This document shows positions 9,797 to 18,582 of a DNA stretch of 64,000 nt, piece after piece. Position numbers and translations under genes: made by a program. Within the stretch, counting starts at the first letter, position 1, and every line of letters starts with the position of its first letter. The notes under the pieces are model-generated. The model did not search any database, was not told the DNA's origin, and saw nothing but the letters and a program-made list of their open reading frames with translations. Origin of the DNA: Fidelibacterota bacterium (GTDB lineage: Bacteria > Fidelibacterota > Marinisomatia > Marinisomatales > S15-B10); assembly GCA_046861655.1 (NCBI GenBank), contig JBHIAI010000001.1, forward strand, positions 1 to 64,000, in the 5' to 3' direction.

Positions 9797-11011
9797 ACGG
9801 CTCTTGAGGACTCGTTTGGTCAGTTCCCCCAATATTCGATGGGCCATCCTGGTCTTGGATTCCAGGGGCAGAGTGATCCCCCTTTTGAGGTGCTTGAAGA
9901 ATAGGATGCCCTCGTTCGTATCGGTTTCAAAACCCGCGTTTGGCCGGTCAGCATAGTTGAGAACGATAGCGTCCAGGTTTTTTTCTCTTAGTTTTTCCAG
10001 GGCGTTTTTCCTGCCATTTCCCCGTTCCAGGGCAAATCCTACCACAAAAGCATCGGTGAGAGAGCGGATCCCCTTCACTATGTCGGGAGTGGCAGTCAGC
10101 TCAAGGAGAGAAGGCTTGAGGGACTTCTTGATCTTGGACGTTTCGGCGTTGGCGGGTTTGAAATCGGCCACGGCTGCCGCCATGATGACAGCGTCCTGAT
10201 CTCCGCAACTTTTCCGAACCGCTTCATTCATTTCATCCGCCGTCTCCACCCTGATAACCGTGCAGTCTCGAGGGATATCGATCTGGGTGGGACCGGTGAT
10301 GAGCGTGACCTGGGCCCCCCGGTCCAGGGCGGCCTGGGCGAGGGCGTACCCCATTTTTCCACTGGATTTATTGGACAGGAACCGAACCGCATCGATAGGC
10401 TCCCGGGTGGGACCGGCGGTCACCAGCACCTTTTTTCCGGCCAGGTCCCGCGGTGTATCTGTCTGGTCCAGGCAGGACCGGAGGGAGGTGATGATATCCT
10501 CAGGCTCGGCCATGCGGCCCTCCCCCAGGGTGAGGTCGGCCAGAGGACCGTATTCGGGTCGGACCACGGTGACCCTGCGGTCCTCAAGCGTGTCGACGTT
10601 TGCCCGGGTGGCCTCCTTTTTCCACATGGTGGTGTGCATGGCGGGAGCGATCACGAGGGGTGCGTCTGTGGTCATGATCACAGTGGACAACAGATCGTCT
10701 GCCAACCCCAGGGCTACTTTGGCCAGGATGTTGGCCGTGGCGGGAGCGACGACCAGGACATCTCCCCATCGAGCGGCCTCCACATGGATTTCCCCAGCTG
10801 GAGGCACCTCAGGGAAAAGATCAGTGAGAACGGGCTGTCCCGTGAGGGCAGAAAAGGTGGTGGGACTGATAAACTGGGTGGCGGACCTGGTCATCATTAC
10901 CCGCACGTTTGCCCCCGATTTCCGGAGAAGACGTACGATTTCGCAGGCCTTATAAGCGGCTATGGAACCGGTTACGCCGAGGAGAATATTCTTTCCCTTG
11001 AGGTCGGTCAT
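9770..11011 (-). CDS. coaBC: Bifunctional phosphopantothenoylcysteine decarboxylase/ligase
   Basis: GVTGSIAAYKA, APATAN, PAMHTTMW, TAGPTREPIDAVRFLSNKSSGKMG, AAAVADF; start set at ATG 11011. Confidence 0.96.
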   Translation of the reverse strand: MTDLKGKNILLGVTGSIAAYKACEIVRLLRKSGANVRVMMTRSATQFISPTTFSALTGQPVLTDLFPEVPPAGEIHVEAARWGDVLVVAPATANILAKVALGLADDLLSTVIMTTDAPLVIAPAMHTTMWKKEATRANVDTLEDRRVTVVRPEYGPLADLTLGEGRMAEPEDIITSLRSCLDQTDTPRDLAGKKVLVTAGPTREPIDAVRFLSNKSSGKMGYALAQAALDRGAQVTLITGPTQIDIPRDCTVIRVETADEMNEAVRKSCGDQDAVIMAAAVADFKPANAETSKIKKSLKPSLLELTATPDIVKGIRSLTDAFVVGFALERGNGRKNALEKLREKNLDAIVLNYADRPNAGFETDTNEGILFFKHLKRGITLPLESKTRMAHRILGELTKRVLKSRSGHAPEKS

Positions 11012-11013
11012 GG

Positions 11014-11802
11014 TCAGCTCGTGGTAAAGGTGCGAACAGAGGGGACTATGGTACGAAGGTCTGCTGACATATCCTGGAACTGGGTCTGGCATGGGGGACC
11101 GTCAGCGTACCAGAAACGGTGATCGCCCGCCCGGCTGATGACCACGATATGGGAACAACGGGTTCCGTAGATTTTTCCGTGTTTACAGGTTTCGGGGTGC
11201 TGAGACAGATAGGACGTCACATGCTGGAGCCAGGAATCCTTTGACGCCGTCTCACCGGTGTTTCCGGGAGGATACGGGGGGAGTGTGTCTCCCTGGTTCC
11301 CCCCGGGAAGGACCCGGGATCTATCCACATGAGGACGGTAGGGAGTATTGAGGAGGGTGGTCACACCGGGTGACATGGGGTACTGCCTTAGGGACCCGGC
11401 GTGCGACAGGACAACGCCATCCGTGGGAGAGGCCACGGCGAGATTAAAGTATTGGTAGAAATCCCGCTTCATCAACCGCCGGACTGTGGTGGCGGCCTCT
11501 TCTACGCTTTCACATCGCAGGACATCGAGGGTCAGGAGCCCTCTGGATCGGGTACCGGGCTCGCCCTGGTGTTTTGTTTTTCCATCGGATATCCAGACGT
11601 TTGTAATGCTGACAAAGAGACCGTGTTTATTCACCCCCAGCCAGGTCCCTCCCGCCTCCTCGTCCCGGGGGGCAAACACGGGGGGGTTCCCAGGGATGAC
11701 AGAGGGCGGGGAACTGACCCTTCGATACAGTTCGTCCCGGTTGGCAGCCACCACCACGGGGATACGGGCATCGGGATCGAATCGGATCGTCAGAGTGCAC
11801 AT
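11014..11802 (-). CDS. NRDE/TANGO2 family protein
   Basis: N-terminal MC, ANRDE, GGTWLGVN, SRG, FNL, YGTR. Confidence 0.92.
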   Translation of the reverse strand: MCTLTIRFDPDARIPVVVAANRDELYRRVSSPPSVIPGNPPVFAPRDEEAGGTWLGVNKHGLFVSITNVWISDGKTKHQGEPGTRSRGLLTLDVLRCESVEEAATTVRRLMKRDFYQYFNLAVASPTDGVVLSHAGSLRQYPMSPGVTTLLNTPYRPHVDRSRVLPGGNQGDTLPPYPPGNTGETASKDSWLQHVTSYLSQHPETCKHGKIYGTRCSHIVVISRAGDHRFWYADGPPCQTQFQDMSADLRTIVPSVRTFTTS

Positions 11803-11810
11803 GCTGATGA

Positions 11811-11839
11811 AACTTAGACTCGCGATGGGTCCCGGTCAA
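11811..11839 (-). promoter_or_regulatory. sigma70-like promoter for NRDE-coaBC
   Basis: Minus strand TTGACC-N17-TAAGTT, ending 8 nt before ATG 11802. Confidence 0.6.
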
Positions 11840-11963
11840 GGATTGATCTTTGAATCGTTTCCTGGGGGACCGCCGATTGTCAGATCAGGCTTAGAGTTTA
11901 TTCCTTTCAAGCCTAAATTTCCTCTCTAGTAGACTGTATGAGTAGTTTGCTTACGCTAAATAA

Positions 11964-12071
11964 TGTCATTGGGAGGCTCCCCCGCAATCGCGGGGGAGAC
12001 ATGACAATCTCGTGGCTGCGGACCGGAGAGGAGATGGGATCGCCACGGTCACTCCGCTCCCTAGCGATGAC
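11964..12071. repeat. REP/RPE-like palindromic element
   Basis: Ends TGTCATTG...CGATGAC; internal hairpin CTCCCCCGC-AATC-GCGGGGGAG; right half GGGATCGCCACGGTCACTCCGCTCCCTAGCGATGAC. Confidence 0.6.
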
Positions 12072-12116
12072 GATATCAAACAAAACCCTTGTAGGGACAC
12101 CGAGCGAACCGATACC

Positions 12117-13079
12117 ATGAGACAGGTTGTCTTGGGCCGAACCGGCCAGAAGGTATCCGCTATCGGGCTTGGCACCTGGGCCTTTGGGGGTCCGAATCTG
12201 GACGGCGACACATCGGTGGGTTGGTCACAGCAGAGTGACGACGATTCAAAGGACGCCCTGGTGCGAAGCTGGGAGCTGGATATCAACCACTGGGATACGG
12301 CTGACGTTTACGGTGACGGTCGCTCGGAAAGAGTCATCGGTCAGATGTGGAAAGCGGTCCCCCGGGACCGGATATTCCTGGCCTCAAAAGTAGGATGGGA
12401 CAAGGGGGACTATGATCACTACTATCACCCCAGTCTGATGCGGAGAAAACTGGAGCAGTCATTGGAGAATATGAAGACCGATGTGATCGACCTGTACTAC
12501 TTCCACCATTGTCTTTTCGGGAAATCGGGAGAGTTCTTTGACGGTGCCTTGGAAGCCATGCGCCGCTTCCAGGAAGAAGGAAAGATCCGGTTTATCGGTC
12601 TGTCGGACTGGGATTCCAAAAAGATCATGACGTATGCTCCAAGGGTACAACCGGATGTGGTTCAGCCTTACAGAAATGTTTCTGATGATACCTACGAGTC
12701 AAGTGGCTTGAAATCCTGGGTGGAAAGCCATCAGGCAGGTGTGGTTTTCTTTTCCCCTCTTAAACACGGTCTGTTGACGGGAAAGTATACCGGCCCCGTA
12801 ACGTTCGGTCCGGGAGATTTTCGTTCCGGAAAGGGTGAGTTCCAGGACATGGCGGTCATCGAAAAAATGAGATCCAATCGCAGGAAACTGCAAGAGCGGT
12901 TCCCCGGTCATGCCGAGCCGGTATTGCATGGTGTTGTGGACGCCCTCCTCACGGATGCGCCCACGGGATGTGTTCTGGTAGGGCAGCGGAATCGCCGCCA
13001 GGCCGAATCGGCCGGCAGGTTGGGAACGCCGCTAACAGAAGAGGATGCCCGCTGGATTAGATCGCTTTTCGCCAGTTAG
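12117..13079 (+). CDS. Aldo/keto reductase
   Basis: LGRTGQKVSAIGLGTW, DTADVYGDG, ASKVG, IDLYYFH, SPLKHGLLTGK; start set at ATG 12117. Confidence 0.92.
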   Translation: MRQVVLGRTGQKVSAIGLGTWAFGGPNLDGDTSVGWSQQSDDDSKDALVRSWELDINHWDTADVYGDGRSERVIGQMWKAVPRDRIFLASKVGWDKGDYDHYYHPSLMRRKLEQSLENMKTDVIDLYYFHHCLFGKSGEFFDGALEAMRRFQEEGKIRFIGLSDWDSKKIMTYAPRVQPDVVQPYRNVSDDTYESSGLKSWVESHQAGVVFFSPLKHGLLTGKYTGPVTFGPGDFRSGKGEFQDMAVIEKMRSNRRKLQERFPGHAEPVLHGVVDALLTDAPTGCVLVGQRNRRQAESAGRLGTPLTEEDARWIRSLFAS

Positions 13080-13088
13080 GAAACCCAG

Positions 13089-13718
13089 GTGAGCTACAAA
13101 CCGTGGAAAAACCTCGAGCACGTTGAGCGGTATGCCACCCGGCGGTATTCCAGCTGGGATCAACGATGGCTTGACCGGAAGGAGCAATGGGCGGTAAGAA
13201 GGATGGTCAGCGAGCATGGCCTGTCGGGCCTGATTCTGGACGTACCGGCAGGCTACGGCCGCTTCGTTTCTGTTCTCAGTGAAGCAGGTGATGTGCTGGC
13301 GGTTGACCTGGGATTCTTCCCCCTTTTGTATCAGAAAAGGAGGGTGGGGCTGGCCAGAGAGTGCGTCAATGCCCGGGCCCAAAGGCTACCACTAAAAGAT
13401 AAATCAGTGGACGTAGTCTTCTGCTTCCGTTTGTTTCAACATCTGCACCAGTCTGCCGAGCGGGTGGCAACTCTTCGTGAACTCAGACGAGTGAGCCGGA
13501 AATGGGTGCTTCTATCCATGTATGGCTCCACGTTCCTCCACAGGCTGTTCAGGCGAATCGTCCCTCAGCCCTCAGTGATTACCATGGTGGCTCAAGACCG
13601 ATTCGGCGGGGAGCTCAGAGAAGCCGAATTGACCGTGGTGGAGGATGTAGCTGTGGTTCCGTTGCTCCACGCCCAAAGGATCTATCTGCTTTCGCGACGG
13701 TTAGGAGTTGGGAGTTAG
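13089..13718 (+). CDS. Class I SAM-dependent methyltransferase
   Basis: ILDVPAGYGRF, LPLKDKSVDVVFCFRLFQH, ELRRVS. Confidence 0.85.
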   Translation: MSYKPWKNLEHVERYATRRYSSWDQRWLDRKEQWAVRRMVSEHGLSGLILDVPAGYGRFVSVLSEAGDVLAVDLGFFPLLYQKRRVGLARECVNARAQRLPLKDKSVDVVFCFRLFQHLHQSAERVATLRELRRVSRKWVLLSMYGSTFLHRLFRRIVPQPSVITMVAQDRFGGELREAELTVVEDVAVVPLLHAQRIYLLSRRLGVGS

Positions 13719-13881
13719 GGGGTACGGGTTCCATTAGGGTAAGGCTGAGGCTAAGGCTGATTTTACCTTTGAACGGTTAGGACTTCCCGGTTACTTGTCA
13801 CTGGCCGCCGTCTAGTATTCGTGTAGTTTGCGCTGTAATCGCCTCTTGGTTCTGCCCGGGAGGGACCACCACCATAAGATT

Positions 13882-14688
13882 TTATCTTTTCTCTGTGTCT
13901 CCGTGTCTCTGTGGTCTGAATCCCCTCCGTAGTGTTTTCCCCAACCGTCGCTGGCGGATAAGGCTCTTCCTGTAATCCCGGTATCCCCCCAGGAGGGAAC
14001 GGGTCATTTTCGATTCCTCCCGGTAAACCTGAAAGAATCTCCGGGTTAGCCTTTCTTCCGCTCCTCTGTCCCGGGCCTTGAAATTGATCCTGGCCAGATC
14101 GGTGAGTATCTGGTATGTGGATAGCTTCTTAAACCGGCGGGCCCGGTTCAGGTCAACTATGTACGTCTGCCCGTTATCGTCCACCAGAAAGTTCCCGCTG
14201 GTCAGGTCCCGGTGAAAGATGCCTCCCCCATGCATCCGGGCAATGCTTCTGGCCAGATTCGCCATAGCGGTCTCCATCAGCTCCTCGGGGGCGTCTGAGA
14301 CAATCAGGGATCTCAACCGGGTGTGGGGGTGAATGGCTTTGGTGATAAGAAAATTATCATGAATAATCCCCCGCTCCCGGCGGGTATAGACGTAAAGGGG
14401 GTCGGGTGTTAGGGCCCCGAGTTCCTGGAGGGCATGACCCACGCTCCAGCTCATGTACGCCCGGCTGGGAAATGTGGGGCTCAAGAGTCGGTGCAGGGGG
14501 TGTCGCCATCCGAACCATTTCACAACGACGGGATGGTCGTCGGCGGGAAGCCGGACTACCAGGTTGGGATGGGCATCGTAAATCTCGTCTGCTTTTCCCG
14601 CAAGTGTTTCTCTATTCTTGACTGCGCCGGCATCCAATCCCGGGGGAAAGTTCCCTTTTTCCTGAACGGAGGTGAAGAAGTTCACCAT
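13882..14688 (-). CDS. Kdo/WaaP/InaA-type lipopolysaccharide kinase family protein
   Basis: VVVK, TPDP, HRDLTSGNFL, IVDLNR. Confidence 0.85.
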   Translation of the reverse strand: MVNFFTSVQEKGNFPPGLDAGAVKNRETLAGKADEIYDAHPNLVVRLPADDHPVVVKWFGWRHPLHRLLSPTFPSRAYMSWSVGHALQELGALTPDPLYVYTRRERGIIHDNFLITKAIHPHTRLRSLIVSDAPEELMETAMANLARSIARMHGGGIFHRDLTSGNFLVDDNGQTYIVDLNRARRFKKLSTYQILTDLARINFKARDRGAEERLTRRFFQVYREESKMTRSLLGGYRDYRKSLIRQRRLGKTLRRGFRPQRHGDTEKR

Positions 14689-14742
14689 AATCGATCGAAC
14701 TTAGAAATAGCGACTTGTGGGGCAAAAGGTTAACTTTTTGCC

Positions 14743-15687
14743 ATGAGGGTTTTTGTTACAGGAGGGACAGGATTTGTGGGGGGATACGTTCTGGAGGAGT
14801 TGGTTCGACAGGGTCATGAACCCGTGGTGCTGGTGCGACCCGGTAGCGAAGGAAAACTGCCCGGCGATTTCAGAGGGGAAACTGTGAGCGGTGATGCTTT
14901 CGGGTTCCACATGCCCTCCCGGTGCCAGGCGGTGATTCATCTCATCGGGATTCTCCGTGAATTCAGGTTGAAAGGAATCACCTTTGAGAAGCTTCAGTTT
15001 GAGGCGGCCAAAGCTGTAGCCGACAGGGCGCTTGAGGGAGGTGTAAAGCGGTTTATTCTTCAGAGCGCTAACGGGGTAAGACCGGAGGGAACACCCTACC
15101 AGTTCACCAAGTTCCTGGCGGAAGAATACCTGAAGAGTAAGGAGTTTGAGTGGACGATTTTCCGTCCGTCTTACCTATTCGGCGATCCTTCTCACCCCAG
15201 CGGGGATGTGGGGAAACCTGAGTTTACCACCACCCTCCGCAGGAGTATGATCCGTCTTCCCCTTCCGGCTCCCCTGTTCTTCCCCGGGGTGAATGTTTTG
15301 AAGGCGGGCAAGTTTAGACTTCAACCCATCCACGTGAGCCATCTGGCCCAGGGTATGGTGACCGCCCTCACCAAGGAGTCGTCCGTGAACAAAACCTACC
15401 TTGTGGGAGGGTCCAGGGAATTCACCTGGAAAGAGGTGATTGACATCGTGGCCAGGGGAGCCGGAAGGAAAAAGTGGAAAGTGCCGGTACCGGGATGGGG
15501 CGTAAAGCTGGCGGCTCTGGCACTGGGTTGGCTCCCCGGTTTTCCGATTACGCGCCAACAAGTGAGCATGCTCATGGAGGGGAATACCTGCGACAGTACC
15601 GAATTCTACGAAGACTTCTTTTCGGATTCCTCGCCTGAGACGGATCTCATTCCCTTCGATCCGGAACACCTGACTTACCTGTCGTGA
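14743..15687 (+). CDS. NAD(P)-binding atypical SDR (NDUFA9-like)
   Basis: VTGGTGFVG, IHLIGILRE, YQFTK, WTIFRPS, QPIHV. Confidence 0.88.
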   Translation: MRVFVTGGTGFVGGYVLEELVRQGHEPVVLVRPGSEGKLPGDFRGETVSGDAFGFHMPSRCQAVIHLIGILREFRLKGITFEKLQFEAAKAVADRALEGGVKRFILQSANGVRPEGTPYQFTKFLAEEYLKSKEFEWTIFRPSYLFGDPSHPSGDVGKPEFTTTLRRSMIRLPLPAPLFFPGVNVLKAGKFRLQPIHVSHLAQGMVTALTKESSVNKTYLVGGSREFTWKEVIDIVARGAGRKKWKVPVPGWGVKLAALALGWLPGFPITRQQVSMLMEGNTCDSTEFYEDFFSDSSPETDLIPFDPEHLTYLS

Positions 15688-17687
15688 ACAGAAGAGTTGC
15701 TCCCGTCCTGATCTTGGTTGTTACCGGGATGTGGGGGACAGTCCGGGCTCAGGACGTCCACCGCTGGATCCGGGAGATGGAGCGGGGGCGCTTTCTGAAT
15801 ATGGAGAATACGTTCCGGGAAGAACTGCAGGCCAGTAAAGACACCACCTTCGATGTTACCTACTACCAAATCTCCCTGAGGATTGATCCCCTGGCCGAAC
15901 AGATTGAAGGCAATGTAACAACCCGGGGCGTTTCTTCCCGTTACGGCCTGAAACACATTGTTCTCGATTTTTTCGATACTATGACCGTCGATTCGGTACT
16001 GTCGGGGGACACTCATCTGACCTATACCCGTTCTGACAACCGCATGAGTATCAATCTTCCCGGGTCCTTCGGCCCAGGCGAGTCCTTCGAGGTCACGGTT
16101 TTTTACAGGGGAAAACCTGTTCAAGAGGGGGGATTTCATTCATTTGACTTCGGCCATCACGGGGATGCCCCCATCATTTCCACCTTAAGCGAGCCGTTTG
16201 GGGCGCCAACCTGGTGGCCCTGCAAGGACGATCCCGCCGACAAGGCCGATTCTGTGGATATCGTGGTGAGAGTGCCCGCATCCCTGGTCGTAGCCTCCAA
16301 CGGCCTTCTTCAAGACGTCATAGATCATGGAGACGGAACCAGAACCTATGTCTGGGCGGAAAGGTATCCCATCGCTACCTACCTGGTATCCCTGGCCATC
16401 AGCAATTATGAACAGTTTTCCCATGTCTACGTCACGCCAACGGGAGATTCCATGGAGGTTATGTACTTCGTGTACCCCGAACATCTTCGGAACGCGGAAA
16501 AGGACTTTTCAGTGACCGTTCCCATGATTGAGTTTTATTCTTCTATCTTCGGGGAATACCCCTTTGTAAAAGAAAAATACGGAATGGCGGAGTTTCCCTG
16601 GGGCGGCGCCATGGAACACCAGACTTGCACGAGCTATGGAGCGCGCCTAATCCGGGGGGATCACACCTTCGACTGGATCATCGCCCACGAACTGGCCCAT
16701 CAGTGGTTCGGAGATTTGATTACTATGAGGTGGTGGTCACATATCTGGCTCAACGAAGGGTTTGCCACCTATTCAGAGGCCTTATGGAGGGAACACGAAG
16801 GAGGACTGCCAAGCTATCTGGACTATATGGATGACCTCGATTCCGGTCCGTTTGGCGGGTCCGTGTTTGTGCGTGATTCCACGCAGATCTATTCGCTTTT
16901 CAGCCGGACCGTTTACGATAAAGGTGCGTGGGTCCTTCACATGTTACGACATGTCATGGGAGATACGATGTTCTTTGAGGCGCTGAAGGAATATGTGTCC
17001 AGTCATACTTTCGGGAACACGACCACCGGCGACTTTCGCACAATCTGTGAATCCTACTATGAAAAACCCCTGCACTGGTTCTTCGATGAATGGGTCTACG
17101 GGCAGTCGCGACCAGAGTATCAGGTTAGTTGGTCCAGTTCCCCCCAGGAGGGTCATCATCTGGTGTCCGTCGAAATCCGTCAGGCCCAGGCCAGCCTGTT
17201 CAAAATGCCGTTGGATGTGGTCCTGGCCACAGCTTCCCTGGAGACCACCGTAGTGGTATGGGATAGTTTGAACAAACAAACCTTTGAGTTCGTCTTGGAT
17301 GAAGAGGCGACAGGCGTGGAGATCGATCCCGATGGGTGGGTCCTGAAAGAGGTGATCTCAGAGGTAGAGGTAGATGCTGATGGGAAGCTACCGGAATCGT
17401 TTGCCCTGCTGCCCAACTACCCCAATCCTTTCAATACCCGGACGACGATCCCCTTCCGCCTGGGCTCGGAAGGCGAGGTTTCAGTGGGTATATTCAATCT
17501 TGAGGGTCAGCGGATCAGACATCTGCAGAGGGGAATTAGGCCCGCAGGACAGTACGAGCTGACCTGGAACGGCCGGAATGACGAAGGGATGAGCGTATCC
17601 AGTGGAATCTACTTCGTCCACCTTCAAGCCCGGAAGGAAGGAACCCTTCTGTTTGATGAAGCACAGAAGGTGATCCTCATGCGCTAA
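15684..17687 (+). CDS. Secreted M1 aminopeptidase with C-terminal FlgD/secretion-tail domain
   Basis: Signal peptide, GGAMEH, HELAHQWFG...WLNEGFA, YDKG; tail NYPNPFN...SGIYF. Confidence 0.92.
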   Translation: MNRRVAPVLILVVTGMWGTVRAQDVHRWIREMERGRFLNMENTFREELQASKDTTFDVTYYQISLRIDPLAEQIEGNVTTRGVSSRYGLKHIVLDFFDTMTVDSVLSGDTHLTYTRSDNRMSINLPGSFGPGESFEVTVFYRGKPVQEGGFHSFDFGHHGDAPIISTLSEPFGAPTWWPCKDDPADKADSVDIVVRVPASLVVASNGLLQDVIDHGDGTRTYVWAERYPIATYLVSLAISNYEQFSHVYVTPTGDSMEVMYFVYPEHLRNAEKDFSVTVPMIEFYSSIFGEYPFVKEKYGMAEFPWGGAMEHQTCTSYGARLIRGDHTFDWIIAHELAHQWFGDLITMRWWSHIWLNEGFATYSEALWREHEGGLPSYLDYMDDLDSGPFGGSVFVRDSTQIYSLFSRTVYDKGAWVLHMLRHVMGDTMFFEALKEYVSSHTFGNTTTGDFRTICESYYEKPLHWFFDEWVYGQSRPEYQVSWSSSPQEGHHLVSVEIRQAQASLFKMPLDVVLATASLETTVVVWDSLNKQTFEFVLDEEATGVEIDPDGWVLKEVISEVEVDADGKLPESFALLPNYPNPFNTRTTIPFRLGSEGEVSVGIFNLEGQRIRHLQRGIRPAGQYELTWNGRNDEGMSVSSGIYFVHLQARKEGTLLFDEAQKVILMR

Positions 17688-17719
17688 GCGTCACCGTCCC
17701 GGACCGGGAAATCCAGGGA

Positions 17720-18499
17720 ATGGAATACGGTTTCTTAATCCAGAGTTTCGTGGCGGGACTGCTGGCGAGTGTAGCCTGCGGTCTGGGGGCCCTGCCTCTC
17801 TTGTATCCGGGATTGGAGATTCGTAAAAGGGTTGGTCTGGGGTATGGTTTCGCCGGTGGACTCATGATCGCTGCTTCCGTTTACAACCTGATTCTACCCG
17901 GGCTGACTCTTGGAGAGGAAAGGGGTGAGGTCGACCAGGTGCTGGCCGTTCTGGGGGGACTCCTTCTGGGAGCTGGTTTCCTCTGGGGTGTTGACCGGAT
18001 TCTGACCCCTGAAAGGATGCAAGGGCCGTTCCTGAGGAAGATGGGGACCAAAAAGGAACTCCTGATATTCACGGCCATGTCTTTTCACAGCATACCCGAG
18101 GGTGTTGCGGTGGGTGTGGGGTATGCCACCAGTCAGCACGTGGCGGGTGTGGAGCACCTGGGAAGTTACATCGCTGTGGCCATTGCCATTCATAATATAC
18201 CGGAAGGACTGGCGGTATCCATTCCCATGCGTGCCAACGGAGCGTCCATTCCCCGGTGCTTCACGGCTGCTTTTCTTACCAGTCTCCCCCAGCCCCTGGC
18301 CGCAGTCCCGGCTGCCCTTTTGGTGTGGCTGTTCGAACCTCTGATGATTCCTTTCCTTGGATTCGCTGCCGGAGCCATGATGTATCTCGTCATCCTTCAA
18401 GTGATCCCTGATGCTCTGGAGAAACGCCTGCCTGTGGAAATCTCCTGGGCCTTTATTCTCGGGTTTTCCCTCATGGTTCTGGTACAGGTGGTGCTGTAG
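17720..18499 (+). CDS. ZIP family (GufA/ZupT-like) metal transporter
   Basis: HSIPEG, HNIPEGLAV, FAAGAM. Confidence 0.92.
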   Translation: MEYGFLIQSFVAGLLASVACGLGALPLLYPGLEIRKRVGLGYGFAGGLMIAASVYNLILPGLTLGEERGEVDQVLAVLGGLLLGAGFLWGVDRILTPERMQGPFLRKMGTKKELLIFTAMSFHSIPEGVAVGVGYATSQHVAGVEHLGSYIAVAIAIHNIPEGLAVSIPMRANGASIPRCFTAAFLTSLPQPLAAVPAALLVWLFEPLMIPFLGFAAGAMMYLVILQVIPDALEKRLPVEISWAFILGFSLMVLVQVVL

Positions 18500-18533
18500 A
18501 GTTCTGGGCCGGTACCCAGCCTACCCCTTGAAT

Positions 18534-18577
18534 CTTCACATAAACTTAACACTCCTATTTCCGCCGTTGTGTAATTT
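18534..18577 (+). promoter_or_regulatory. OmpR-type direct-repeat box and -10 upstream of the sensor kinase
   Basis: CTTCAC at 18534 and CTTAAC at 18545 (11-bp period); TAATTT at 18572. Confidence 0.55.
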
Positions 18578-18582
18578 AGAGT

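Noticed and set aside
11250..11320. GC-rich Pro/Gly segment in NRDE as another in-frame palindrome insertion
   Set aside because: Too degenerate to support without orthologue alignment.
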